From: Candidatus Sumerlaeia bacterium
Lineage (GTDB): Bacteria; Sumerlaeota; Sumerlaeia; SLMS01; JAHLLQ01
Assembly: GCA_028284075.1 (NCBI GenBank)
Contig: JANQSL010000171.1
Coordinates: forward strand, 26,378 to 90,377
DNA: 64,000 bases
Direction of reading: 5' to 3'
A program made the translations under genes and the position numbers. Of this stretch, positions 1 through 8,724 are shown one piece after another (within the stretch, counting starts at the first letter, position 1; every line of letters starts with the position of its first letter). The notes under the pieces are model-generated. The model saw only the letters and a list, made by a program, of their open reading frames with translations. It ran no database searches and had not been told where the DNA came from.

Positions 1-729
1 CCCCGAATTGCCGGCAAAGACTCCCGCGGCGGCGTTCGGATCGCTGTCTGCAAACTCGAAGTCATCGATCTGGACAACCGTGCCACCGCCTCCGAGTTCC
101 TCGAATTCCAGTTTGTCGAGGAAGATGCTCTGAGCCGAGCCCATTGAGTCTCCGTCCGAGTCCTGGAAAATAATCTGGACGGCGTTCACCTGCTGGAGAA
201 TTCCGTCCACAACAGTGCTGTTGTTAAAATACGCAATGGGATGGTCGATGGTGTATGATGAACCCGCCAGAGCTGAATCCGTGAAATTGATGAACTGAAA
301 CTGATCGCCATCATTGTCAAAAATCCGCACCCAGATGTTCGTGCCACTTGCTCCAAGGCCAAAGTCGGGATGTCCCTTGATATCCAGACGGACGGCAAAG
401 TCCGCCGCCAGATCCGCGTCGGCGATGGGCGTGGTTAATATGTAGGGCGACGAGAGAAAGCGCTCGACCGTTACCGCATCGAAAGCCGTTCCGGTAAATT
501 GAATGTCGTTTCGCAGAGAAAACGAACCTTCAGACGCGTCTCCGCCGGAGCCTGATCCTGCTGCAATAGTGGCTGTGGTGCCCGCAAAAACCGTGGTGCC
601 GGTCTGTGCAGCGGTGTCATCCGTCGCAAACTCAAAATCCTCCACAACTGTCTGAGCGGAGACTCCGGCAATTGCCAGAGCAAATCCGAGTAAGCCGGTT
701 GTGGTTTTGGTCACTAAATTCGTTTTCAT
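1..729 (-). CDS. Secreted acidic beta-sandwich (CBM11-like) protein; partial, runs off the left edge
   Basis: Not in the ORF track because it has no stop in the window. AGGAGG RBS, then ATG at 729: MKTNLVTKTTTGLLGFALAIAGVSA|QTVVEDFEF...ASEGSFSL...IFLDKLEF...VVQIDDFEF. Signal peptide and repeated (V/I)(E/D)DFE motif resemble the 11880..13082 product. Confidence 0.8.
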   Translation of the reverse strand, partial: MKTNLVTKTTTGLLGFALAIAGVSAQTVVEDFEFATDDTAAQTGTTVFAGTTATIAAGSGSGGDASEGSFSLRNDIQFTGTAFDAVTVERFLSSPYILTTPIADADLAADFAVRLDIKGHPDFGLGASGTNIWVRIFDNDGDQFQFINFTDSALAGSSYTIDHPIAYFNNSTVVDGILQQVNAVQIIFQDSDGDSMGSAQSIFLDKLEFEELGGGGTVVQIDDFEFADSDPNAAAGVFAGNSG

Positions 730-784
730 GACTGCATGGCCTCCTGTGTCGGTTGTTGCCTGATGCGGTTGGAGTGGTTTGCTC

Positions 785-1450
785 TTACTGAAATCCGTTC
801 CTGCCGGCATTGCCCGGTCCGAACAGGGTGACATCCCCTGAGCTGATTGTGCCGTTTGTGGGATCGTACGGAAAGCTGGAGTTCTGAGCCCGGTCCGGGC
901 CGAGGCTGCGGAGTTCCCAGAAAACAGATTCCGTTGCGTTGACATTGAGCGCTCCGTTCGCCGTCGTGGGATCAATGCGGAGGGCATTCACGCGATAGTC
1001 CGTCACAAGCCAGCCCCATGTCAGGACGCTGTTGCCGATTCCAGGGAATCCTCCGGGCCGCGACGACGCGTAGAAGTAGTTTGGCGTATAGGGCTGAATG
1101 AATGTCCCGGACCCTCCCGATGCGGCGGTTTCAGGCGCAAAAATATCCACAGGGAGCGACGTCATGTAGGAGACGGGGCTTGTGATTCGCCGGGTTCCCG
1201 GTACCCCCACCGTGATACCGTCGCTCAGTCCGTCCCCATAGGGATAGTTGTTATAGTCGACACGGTAGCTCTCCAGAGCTGTTGCCATGCTTCGCATGTC
1301 AGCCTTCGTGCGAGAAACCTTCGAGCGTGTCTGGGCCTCCAGAAAATTCGGAACCGCGATTGCGGCCAGAATAGCGATGATGGCCACGACGATCAGCAGC
1401 TCGATGAGTGTGAAGCCCCTTGAAGGACTTCGGGAAAGGATTTGTGTCAT
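785..1450 (-). CDS. Type IV pilin / GspG-like pseudopilin with prepilin cleavage-methylation motif
   Basis: RG|FTLIELLIVVAIIAILAAIAVPNF; C-terminal SLGPDR and YDPTNGTISSGD motifs. Confidence 0.9.
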   Translation of the reverse strand: MTQILSRSPSRGFTLIELLIVVAIIAILAAIAVPNFLEAQTRSKVSRTKADMRSMATALESYRVDYNNYPYGDGLSDGITVGVPGTRRITSPVSYMTSLPVDIFAPETAASGGSGTFIQPYTPNYFYASSRPGGFPGIGNSVLTWGWLVTDYRVNALRIDPTTANGALNVNATESVFWELRSLGPDRAQNSSFPYDPTNGTISSGDVTLFGPGNAGRNGFQ

Positions 1451-2234
1451 CGGTGAATCCTTATTATTTCAACGATAAATTTAATCAACTATAACCACTC
1501 TGACCCGTCAAGGCGTTTTTTGATGCGAGACTGTCCGGGAGGAAGAGATGCATTGCAGGTGCGGGATTGTGTTCGAGAGGTCTTGATTACCCTGCGAAAG
1601 GGGAAAACTGCTGGTACGACCCAAAATGTACGCGCCACTCGGCCTCTACTGCAGCGGCCATGATAATCGGTGATTTTGCATCTCGTGTTGAGTTGGAATC
1701 GCACGAGGGAAAACACTGACATTATAAAGAATGCGTCTATTTTGAGACTCTTTGACGAACCGACTTACCAACAATATCACCATGTTTATTCGCGACACCA
1801 ACGGCATCTGCAATCTCATTGAAACGGTCGTCAGCGTCCTCTGGAAACTGGCCACTGATCGTGTTGGACGGCCGTCACCATTCAGTTCGCTCAGTGCCGG
1901 GGCGTCTTCGGAGAATCCGGGCTTGCATGAATCGAAACTGTGCATTGTTCTGGGCAGAAAGAACGAGAGGACCAGATTCCAGATGAAGCGCACCTGACAA
2001 CCAGGCTGGTGCGCCACGGCGGTTTGAGTTGTAATGGCTCGACTTCCGGGATGTTCTCAGGTGTAGGAAAAGGAGTAGTGCGTATATTTTGAGACCTTTG
2101 GCTTCGAGGGTGGAAGTGTCCCGGATTTCGACTGACAAGGAGCGAGTGCTGAAATGTGACCTAAGCGTATACTCGGCGCGTGTTGCCAATTTGCAAATCC
2201 GGCACTTATTCGAATTTCTTTTGTATGGATTGCA

Positions 2235-2263
2235 TTGAAAATCTATCTATAGATAGATAAAAT
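2235..2263 (+). promoter_or_regulatory. Sigma70-type promoter with a perfect 18-bp palindrome over its spacer (TetR operator 1)
   Basis: TTGAAA(2235-2240)-N17-TAAAAT(2258-2263). ATCTATCTATAGATAGAT at 2241-2258 is self-complementary. Confidence 0.7.
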
Positions 2264-2325
2264 ATTTTGACTTTAGTGCTCATTGTAATGTACTCTGCTT
2301 ACAGGCAAATCATTGAGGTCGTGGA

Positions 2326-2904
2326 ATGGCATCGCATGACTTAAACGATACGGCGCATAGGATTCTTGATGTTGCGGAAGGGTTGACGCAAACACAGGGA
2401 TTTAATGCTTTTAGCTATAAGGATATTCAGGCGGAGCTTGGGATCAAGACGTCCAGCATTCATTACTATTTTCCAACCAAGTCAGATTTGGCGACGGCGA
2501 TGGTGGATCGTTATATTGAGCGCTTTTTGGAGGCACTGGAGGAGATAGATCAAAAACACAAAACAGGGTTGGCAAAGCTACAGGCGATGGGGCGGATTTT
2601 CGTTGGTGTTGCGGCAGCACAGAAGCTTTGTCTCTGTGGGATGCTAACCTCTGATGTGCTCTCTCTGCCACAGGACGGGCTGAATGAACTGCGTCGTTTT
2701 TACAAGGAAACGGAGCGCTGGATTATGAAAGCGATTACGCAGGGCATAAACGATGGAGAGCTAAAGGATTCGACTTCGCTGGAGGATACGGCAGCGCATT
2801 TGTTGGCGGCGCTGGAGGGTGGAATGTTGGTGGCGCGCGTTCGGAAAGATAGCGGTTATATGCAGGCTGTGCTGGATCAGGCGCTGGATTTTCTTGGAAA
2901 ATAA
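2326..2904 (+). CDS. TetR/AcrR-family transcriptional regulator (NemR-like)
   Basis: N-terminal HTH GFNAFSYKDIQAELGIKTSSIHYYFPTK; CLCGML motif in the ligand domain. Confidence 0.92.
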   Translation: MASHDLNDTAHRILDVAEGLTQTQGFNAFSYKDIQAELGIKTSSIHYYFPTKSDLATAMVDRYIERFLEALEEIDQKHKTGLAKLQAMGRIFVGVAAAQKLCLCGMLTSDVLSLPQDGLNELRRFYKETERWIMKAITQGINDGELKDSTSLEDTAAHLLAALEGGMLVARVRKDSGYMQAVLDQALDFLGK

Positions 2905-2938
2905 TTTTTGAAAAAAGCCCTTGCGTTCGGTTCAGGCA

Positions 2939-2968
2939 CATTATCTATCTACTTATAGATAGATAATG
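2939..2968. promoter_or_regulatory. TetR operator 2: 13-bp inverted repeat upstream of the SDR gene
   Basis: CATTATCTATCTA-ctta-TAGATAGATAATG; same ATCTATCTA half-site as operator 1. Confidence 0.75.
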
Positions 2969-2989
2969 CTGAGGCGAAGGAACAAACCA

Positions 2990-3751
2990 ATGACACAAGA
3001 CACGGCACTTTTAGTGGGCGGATCGAAGGGAATGGCTCTGGACACGGCCAAAAGACTGGCCAAACGCGGGATTGGCTTGATTTTGGTCGCACGGGGCAAA
3101 GAGGGCCTCGCAAAGGCCAAGGCTGAAATTGGTGACAGTGTCCAGGTGGAAACCGTAACGCTGGATCTTTACGACCGGGATGCGGTGGCGGAGTTCTCAA
3201 AAACAATCGAAGATGATTCGCGTCACATTAAATATCTGGTCAATGCCGCGGGGTATTTTAACCCTGTGCCGTTTCTGGATCATAAACCAGAGGATTACAA
3301 AGCCTATATGGATATTAATGAGGCGATATTCTTTATCTCCCAGGCGGCTGCAAAAAATATGAAGAAAAACGGCGGCGGGTCTGTGGTGCATATCGGATCC
3401 ATGTGGGCGAAGCAGGCGATTAAAGCCACACCGTCTTCGGCATACTCCATGGCGAAAGCCGGACTTCATGCACTGACGCAACATATGGCGATGGAGCTGG
3501 CGGATGATAATATTCGCGTAAATGCGGTTTCACCCGCGGTAGTGCTCACAACTATTTACAAGGCTTTCATTGAGGAAAACCAAATTCCGAATGCCCTTGC
3601 CGGATTTAATGAATTCCACCCCATCGGCCGCATTGGCCAACCTGAAGATGTCGGAGCAGTGATCGACTTTTTGCTGTCTGATGAAGCAGGCTGGATTACT
3701 GGCACCGTGATGGATGTTGATGGTGGCGTGATGGCCGGACGCAACTCATAG
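2990..3751 (+). CDS. SDR-family NAD(P)-dependent oxidoreductase
   Basis: VGGSKGM Rossmann loop, VNAAG, YSMAK (YxxxK), IRVNAVSP, VDGG. Start moved to ATG 2990 behind an AAGGA RBS. Confidence 0.92.
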   Translation: MTQDTALLVGGSKGMALDTAKRLAKRGIGLILVARGKEGLAKAKAEIGDSVQVETVTLDLYDRDAVAEFSKTIEDDSRHIKYLVNAAGYFNPVPFLDHKPEDYKAYMDINEAIFFISQAAAKNMKKNGGGSVVHIGSMWAKQAIKATPSSAYSMAKAGLHALTQHMAMELADDNIRVNAVSPAVVLTTIYKAFIEENQIPNALAGFNEFHPIGRIGQPEDVGAVIDFLLSDEAGWITGTVMDVDGGVMAGRNS

Positions 3752-3815
3752 AGGATCCTTATCGATAAAGACAGGAAACGAAATCATGCATACAATGGAA
3801 AGAAGGAGAGATACC

Positions 3816-4766
3816 GTGAATGGATTCAAAGTCTTTCTAAGCGCATTTATAATGCTGATCGGACTTATATCACAGATACATGCGACAGATAGTTCAGGGC
3901 GTGTACGTTATGGCATCGAAAAAGTGGATGGGCTGGATATCTTCTTCCGTGAGGCGGGTGATCCGTCAAAGCAAGCCGTCGTTTTGCTGCACGGCTTCCC
4001 GACCTCATCGCATATGTATCGTGATGTTCTGGCAGAGTTGGGTGATGATCATTATCTTGTCGCGCCGGATTATCCTGGCTTTGGTGACAGTGCATTCCCG
4101 AATGTCACCGAGTATGTCTATACATTCGATAATATTGCTGAAACGATGGACAGGTTTCTCATTCAGCGCGGTCTGAGTAGCTATGTATTGATGATTCAGG
4201 ATTACGGCGCACCGATCGGTTTTCGGATCGCAACCAGGCACCCTGAAAAAGTGGATGGCTTTGTTGTTATGAACGGGAATGCGTATGAAGAGGGGCTCTC
4301 ACCGGAAGGTTGGGCACCAATCATGGAATACTGGAAAAATAAAGAAAACCCGGAGCTTGAGCGGACTCTTGCAGAACAGATCTTTAGCCTTGATGGCCTG
4401 AAATGGCAATATACGCACGGCACACGTAACCCGGACGGAATCAACCCTGATAACTGGAATCTCGATTTCATGAAATTCTCTCGCGAAGGCCAGCATCGCA
4501 TGCAGCTTGATTTGTTCTTTGACTATCAAAACAACGTGAAGTTGTATCCGCATTGGCAACAATATCTGCGAGACCACCAGCCGCCGATGCTGATTGTCTG
4601 GGGTAAAAATGATGCTTTTTTTCCCGTGCCAGGCGCCGAAGGCTATAAGCGGGATGTGAAGGATATCGATTATAATATCCTGGATACAGGACATTTTGCG
4701 TTGGAGGAAGAGGGCGAGTTCATCATCAACAAAATGCGTGTATTCCTGGAAAAGAAAGTGAAATAA
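3816..4766 (+). CDS. Secreted alpha/beta hydrolase (epoxide hydrolase/dehalogenase-like)
   Basis: HGFP oxyanion motif, QDYGA nucleophile elbow, GHFA catalytic His, signal peptide. GTG start after AGGAG (track start 3786). Confidence 0.88.
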   Translation: MNGFKVFLSAFIMLIGLISQIHATDSSGRVRYGIEKVDGLDIFFREAGDPSKQAVVLLHGFPTSSHMYRDVLAELGDDHYLVAPDYPGFGDSAFPNVTEYVYTFDNIAETMDRFLIQRGLSSYVLMIQDYGAPIGFRIATRHPEKVDGFVVMNGNAYEEGLSPEGWAPIMEYWKNKENPELERTLAEQIFSLDGLKWQYTHGTRNPDGINPDNWNLDFMKFSREGQHRMQLDLFFDYQNNVKLYPHWQQYLRDHQPPMLIVWGKNDAFFPVPGAEGYKRDVKDIDYNILDTGHFALEEEGEFIINKMRVFLEKKVK

Positions 4767-4767
4767 A

Positions 4768-5709
4768 ATGCATCGATATCATCTTTTTACACTTCTCGCG
4801 TTTCTATCTGTTTCAGCTTCAGCCCTTGCACAGGACGCGGTCTGGCCAGCACAAACCTACTACCGCACTATTGATGTTGACGGGTATGATATTTTCTATC
4901 GCGAGGCTGGAGACCCCGCCAGCCCGACCATTCTGTTCCTGCACGGATATCCTGCTTCATCACACATGTACCGAAAGCTCATTCCGCTTCTTTCCGGACG
5001 GTTTCATGTTGTTGCGCCGGACAATCTTGGCTCAGGGCATAGCGACAAGCCTGACCCGAACACGCATCCCTATACGTTCGACAGACTTGCCGATGCGATC
5101 GAAGGGTTTGTTGAGGCGAAAAAACTCGATCAGTATACTATCTATATGCAGGACTTTGGTGCACCTGTAGGGTTTCGCCTTATGATGCGCCAACCTGATA
5201 AAGTGGCGGGTTTGATCACACAAAACGGCAATGCTTATCTGGATGGATTAACACCGCCGCGTCAGGATTTTTTTAAGAAAGCACATGAAGACCGCTCGCC
5301 TGAAATGCAGCGGAAATTGTATGAATTTACCGGTCTTGTTGGCATCAAAGAGAAGCAGTATCTACGCGATGTGAAAGGCAAAGAGGAAATTATGAGTCCC
5401 GATAGCTGGACTTATGATCTGCACTTCCTGGAGACGGATGAGTTGCGTCTAATACAGATTCAATTGCTGCAGGATTATTACAACAATCTGCTCGCTTACC
5501 CACAGTGGCAGCAATACCTGCGCGATCACCAGCCACCAACGCTGATTGTCTGGGGCGGTAATGACCCCGCCTTTGTTACGGCGGGTGGAAAAGCATTCCT
5601 ACGGGATGTGCCCGACGCGGAGTTCCATTTGCTTGATGCCGGACACTTTGCAATGGAGGAAAAGCCGGTGGAAATCGCAAAACACATTACCAGTTTCATG
5701 TTGAAATGA
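4768..5709 (+). CDS. Secreted alpha/beta hydrolase, tandem paralog of the preceding gene
   Basis: HGYP, QDFGA, GHFA; ALA|Q signal peptide; shares WQQYLRDHQPP.LIVWG with 3816..4766. Confidence 0.9.
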   Translation: MHRYHLFTLLAFLSVSASALAQDAVWPAQTYYRTIDVDGYDIFYREAGDPASPTILFLHGYPASSHMYRKLIPLLSGRFHVVAPDNLGSGHSDKPDPNTHPYTFDRLADAIEGFVEAKKLDQYTIYMQDFGAPVGFRLMMRQPDKVAGLITQNGNAYLDGLTPPRQDFFKKAHEDRSPEMQRKLYEFTGLVGIKEKQYLRDVKGKEEIMSPDSWTYDLHFLETDELRLIQIQLLQDYYNNLLAYPQWQQYLRDHQPPTLIVWGGNDPAFVTAGGKAFLRDVPDAEFHLLDAGHFAMEEKPVEIAKHITSFMLK

Positions 5710-5713
5710 CGTA

Positions 5714-6238
5714 ATGGCTGGAATCCGTATTCAATATCACACAACACCGTACGCTGAGTTTATGCTTGGGTCGCATGACGGCAAGCTATGCCTGCTTGAC
5801 TATCGATACAGAAGGACACGGGACAGGGTGGATGCTCGGTTACAGCGGATCCTGCGTGCGGAGTATCTTGAGAAGGATTCGAACGTTCTACGACTTGCGA
5901 GGGTGCAAATTGATGAATATCTAGCAGGAAGGCGTCTTCAGTTTGACCTTCCATTCGTTATGGCGGGAAGCGCTTTTCAAAGGCGCGTATGGGAGGCGCT
6001 TATGAAAATACCTTATGGCAAAACTTTAACCTATCAGGCGCTTGCCGGGCGCATTGGCAATGTCAAGGCGGTGCGCGCCGTGGCAAACGCGAATGGCGCG
6101 AATGCCATGTCTTTGATGATACCATGTCATCGTATCATTGGGAGTAACGGAAGACTGACCGGTTATGCGGGCAGGCTGGAGACCAAGCAAGCTTTGCTGG
6201 ATCTGGAACGGAGGACAGTAAATGATGCCCATATATGA
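5714..6238 (+). CDS. ogt: Methylated-DNA--protein-cysteine methyltransferase
   Basis: Active-site IPCHRII; GSAFQRRVW..L..IPYG; RAVANA. Confidence 0.92.
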   Translation: MAGIRIQYHTTPYAEFMLGSHDGKLCLLDYRYRRTRDRVDARLQRILRAEYLEKDSNVLRLARVQIDEYLAGRRLQFDLPFVMAGSAFQRRVWEALMKIPYGKTLTYQALAGRIGNVKAVRAVANANGANAMSLMIPCHRIIGSNGRLTGYAGRLETKQALLDLERRTVNDAHI

Positions 6239-6310
6239 TGCTTTTGGATAATTCCTGATGTGGCGGCGTTAATCCATCAAGATAACCATTGCCATCTTGC
6301 GCGATCAAGC
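6238..6310 (-). pseudogene. Inverted degenerate ~70-bp fragment of an alpha/beta hydrolase gene
   Basis: Minus strand reads LIAQDGNGYLDGLTPPHQE, versus LITQNGNAYLDGLTPPRQD encoded at about 5212-5270 on the plus strand. Confidence 0.7.
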
Positions 6311-6843
6311 TCTGGTACGACTCAAAATACAGTCCAATATTGAATTCGTCGGTGATCATGACCTTGCGAGGAAATGTTGGGAGCCTTCCCGATCATATCG
6401 ATTTCCTATTCTTTTCAGCCAGGTTCGAAAACGGGACGAAGGAACTCCTCGGAGTGACCGCGCGTAGACGGATCGTATTCAAAGTTTCTTGTCTCCCATG
6501 AACGCTAAAGGAGCCGTGGTTGTTTGCGGAGCCAGAGTGGAAGTTGCTCCGTGAGAGGGTTTGAAACATCATTCTCCGTTTCGTTGGAGGACACATTGAA
6601 AAAGAAGCCCGCGGTGGTTCCGTCAGCAGGCTCATGGGCTGCGGCGTTCAGAGGGTGCCGCACAGCAGTCTGTGTAACTGTTGAGACGGTTTGGTGTGCA
6701 CAGTTGCCCACTCAATGCTTGACTTTCAGATCATAATGCGAAATAGTTTCTCTGAAATTTGAACAGGCCCAAGCTTTCTTGAGCAAAAACCTGTATGACA
6801 GGTTGTTGTCGGACCGCCTGAACTCTACAGGAGGAAAGTTCAG

Positions 6844-8649
6844 ATGAAAACTGTTACCAGGTGTTTTTCGTTTTTCGCGCTCGTCGCGTTGTTCAGTCTT
6901 TTTGTTTCCAATTCTTCAGCTGCCCCAGGTGATTATTATTCGGTCAAGGATTACGGAGCGGTGGCGGACGGTGTCACAGACGATACCGCCGCTTTTCAGA
7001 GCGCGATCGATGCGGCGTTTGTTGCAGGGGGTGGAGTTGTTTTCGCTCCCGTCGGGACCTACAAGCTGAATTCCCCCATTATTATGAAGGACAATGTCAC
7101 TCTGAGGGGTGGCGGAAAAACCAACACGATTCTCGACTTTAAGACAAACAGCCTGATTGGAATGGTTATCAGGCTCTATGGAGATAACATCGGCCTGGAG
7201 AATTTCAAGGCAATATCGGGAACGCCCAGTGGGGTGGCGAACTCGGGCGGGCAAGGCATCGGGTACAACACGGCTGCCTTCGACTATCCTCCGGGCCATG
7301 GTGCGGAAAACTTTCATATTACCAACGTTCGAGTGGAGGGTTTCCGTGATCTTCTGATGTTTTTCAACACCGACACGTACTTTTATGGCTGGATTACCGA
7401 TTCGGAGTTTGTGTGTACAGTTTTTACGACGGACATCGCGCTCGATCTGCATCCCAGAGACGGCTCTTTTATCTGGATGGATAACGTTTATGTTCTTGGA
7501 AAAAACGACGCGGGGATACTGTGGGAATCCACAACAGCGGGTGCGACGAACAATCTGTATTTTATTGATTCCTATATGGATGATTCGAATATCGGCTTCG
7601 GTCTGGTTCAGAGTGGAAATTCCACAGTCATAAATGTGCGAGGATCGACCTACGACGCGTGGAAAGCTGTCGGTACGATCGAGCATTTGGAATCGGGCAG
7701 TCCCACTTACACGGACCTCACAGCGTCCGAAAGAATGAGAGTGGGCAAGTTCAGCACGGATTTCAACGATGACGCATACATGGAGTTTTACGTCGATACG
7801 AATGACTACACGGCTCACATCGGGATCAACGACTCGATTGGATTTCCCGAGGATCTGCATCTGGATTTCCTGCAGGTTGTGACTCCACGTCTGCTGGTGG
7901 GAAGTGCTCCGGATACCGTCGGGTTGTCGGCTTCAGGTCTGAGGTTCGGCGGAGATGCAAATCTTACGATCGGCAAAGACAATTATATCTGGCAACCCAC
8001 AACGAACGGAACCCAGGTCGGCGTGAAGTACAATGATGGAGTGGCGACTGGAAGCGATTCACGGGTCGAGTATATAGATGGAAGCGGAAATGTCAGGATC
8101 GACTTGAACATGATTGATGGTTCGGGTCATTTCACGGGAGATCTGGATGTGGAGGGTACCGCGACTTTGGAGGGAGACACACTTTGGGCAGGTGGCGGGA
8201 CAGGGCTTCCTTACGGAGAACTGTATGCCTACAACCAGGCGGATGAGTTGACGATCTCGGGAACGGGCATGGCGAACAAGATTCAGATAACCACCTTCAG
8301 CACAAACGGCGCGGGCAACCTGATGACGCCGGAGCACATCAACGACCATATTGTCGTCAACAGATCGGGCGTTTACAAAGTTGAGATCACTCTGACTGTC
8401 GAAGGTGTGATTGCAGGAGGAGGACTGTACGCTTTCAACCTTTACAGGAACAATGGAACAACACAGTTTCAGAACATCCACGCCAGCCACCAGCTCGCGG
8501 GTGGGGAAACAGCCGCAGTTTCTCTGTCGGGCCTGGTTGATGTGAACGCGGCCGACACTCTTGAAGTTTGGCTTTGGAACGAGAACAACACAAACAACAT
8601 CATTGTGGACGACATCACAATGTCGCTGGTGATGGTGGGTGGCACCTGA
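6844..8649 (+). CDS. Secreted protein: pectate-lyase-3/GH28-type beta-helix, fibre-like linker and C1q/BclA-like C-terminal domain
   Basis: AGGAGG RBS; signal peptide; SVKDYGAVADGVTDDTAAFQSAIDAA cap motif; C-terminal SGVYKVEITL...SLSGLVDVNAADTLEVW. Confidence 0.75.
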   Translation: MKTVTRCFSFFALVALFSLFVSNSSAAPGDYYSVKDYGAVADGVTDDTAAFQSAIDAAFVAGGGVVFAPVGTYKLNSPIIMKDNVTLRGGGKTNTILDFKTNSLIGMVIRLYGDNIGLENFKAISGTPSGVANSGGQGIGYNTAAFDYPPGHGAENFHITNVRVEGFRDLLMFFNTDTYFYGWITDSEFVCTVFTTDIALDLHPRDGSFIWMDNVYVLGKNDAGILWESTTAGATNNLYFIDSYMDDSNIGFGLVQSGNSTVINVRGSTYDAWKAVGTIEHLESGSPTYTDLTASERMRVGKFSTDFNDDAYMEFYVDTNDYTAHIGINDSIGFPEDLHLDFLQVVTPRLLVGSAPDTVGLSASGLRFGGDANLTIGKDNYIWQPTTNGTQVGVKYNDGVATGSDSRVEYIDGSGNVRIDLNMIDGSGHFTGDLDVEGTATLEGDTLWAGGGTGLPYGELYAYNQADELTISGTGMANKIQITTFSTNGAGNLMTPEHINDHIVVNRSGVYKVEITLTVEGVIAGGGLYAFNLYRNNGTTQFQNIHASHQLAGGETAAVSLSGLVDVNAADTLEVWLWNENNTNNIIVDDITMSLVMVGGT

Positions 8650-8724
8650 TGATGCCAAGGTTCAAACTCATGTTTTGAGAACAGAGGTTTGGAGCTCCGG
8701 TTTCAATAAGTTCCGGAAACGTCC

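Noticed and set aside
1489-2200. Short overlapping ORFs between pilin 1 and tetR (e.g. 1646..2017)
   Set aside because: No RBS or motif support; probably promoter DNA plus debris. The same applies to 6360..6800 and 56800..57950.
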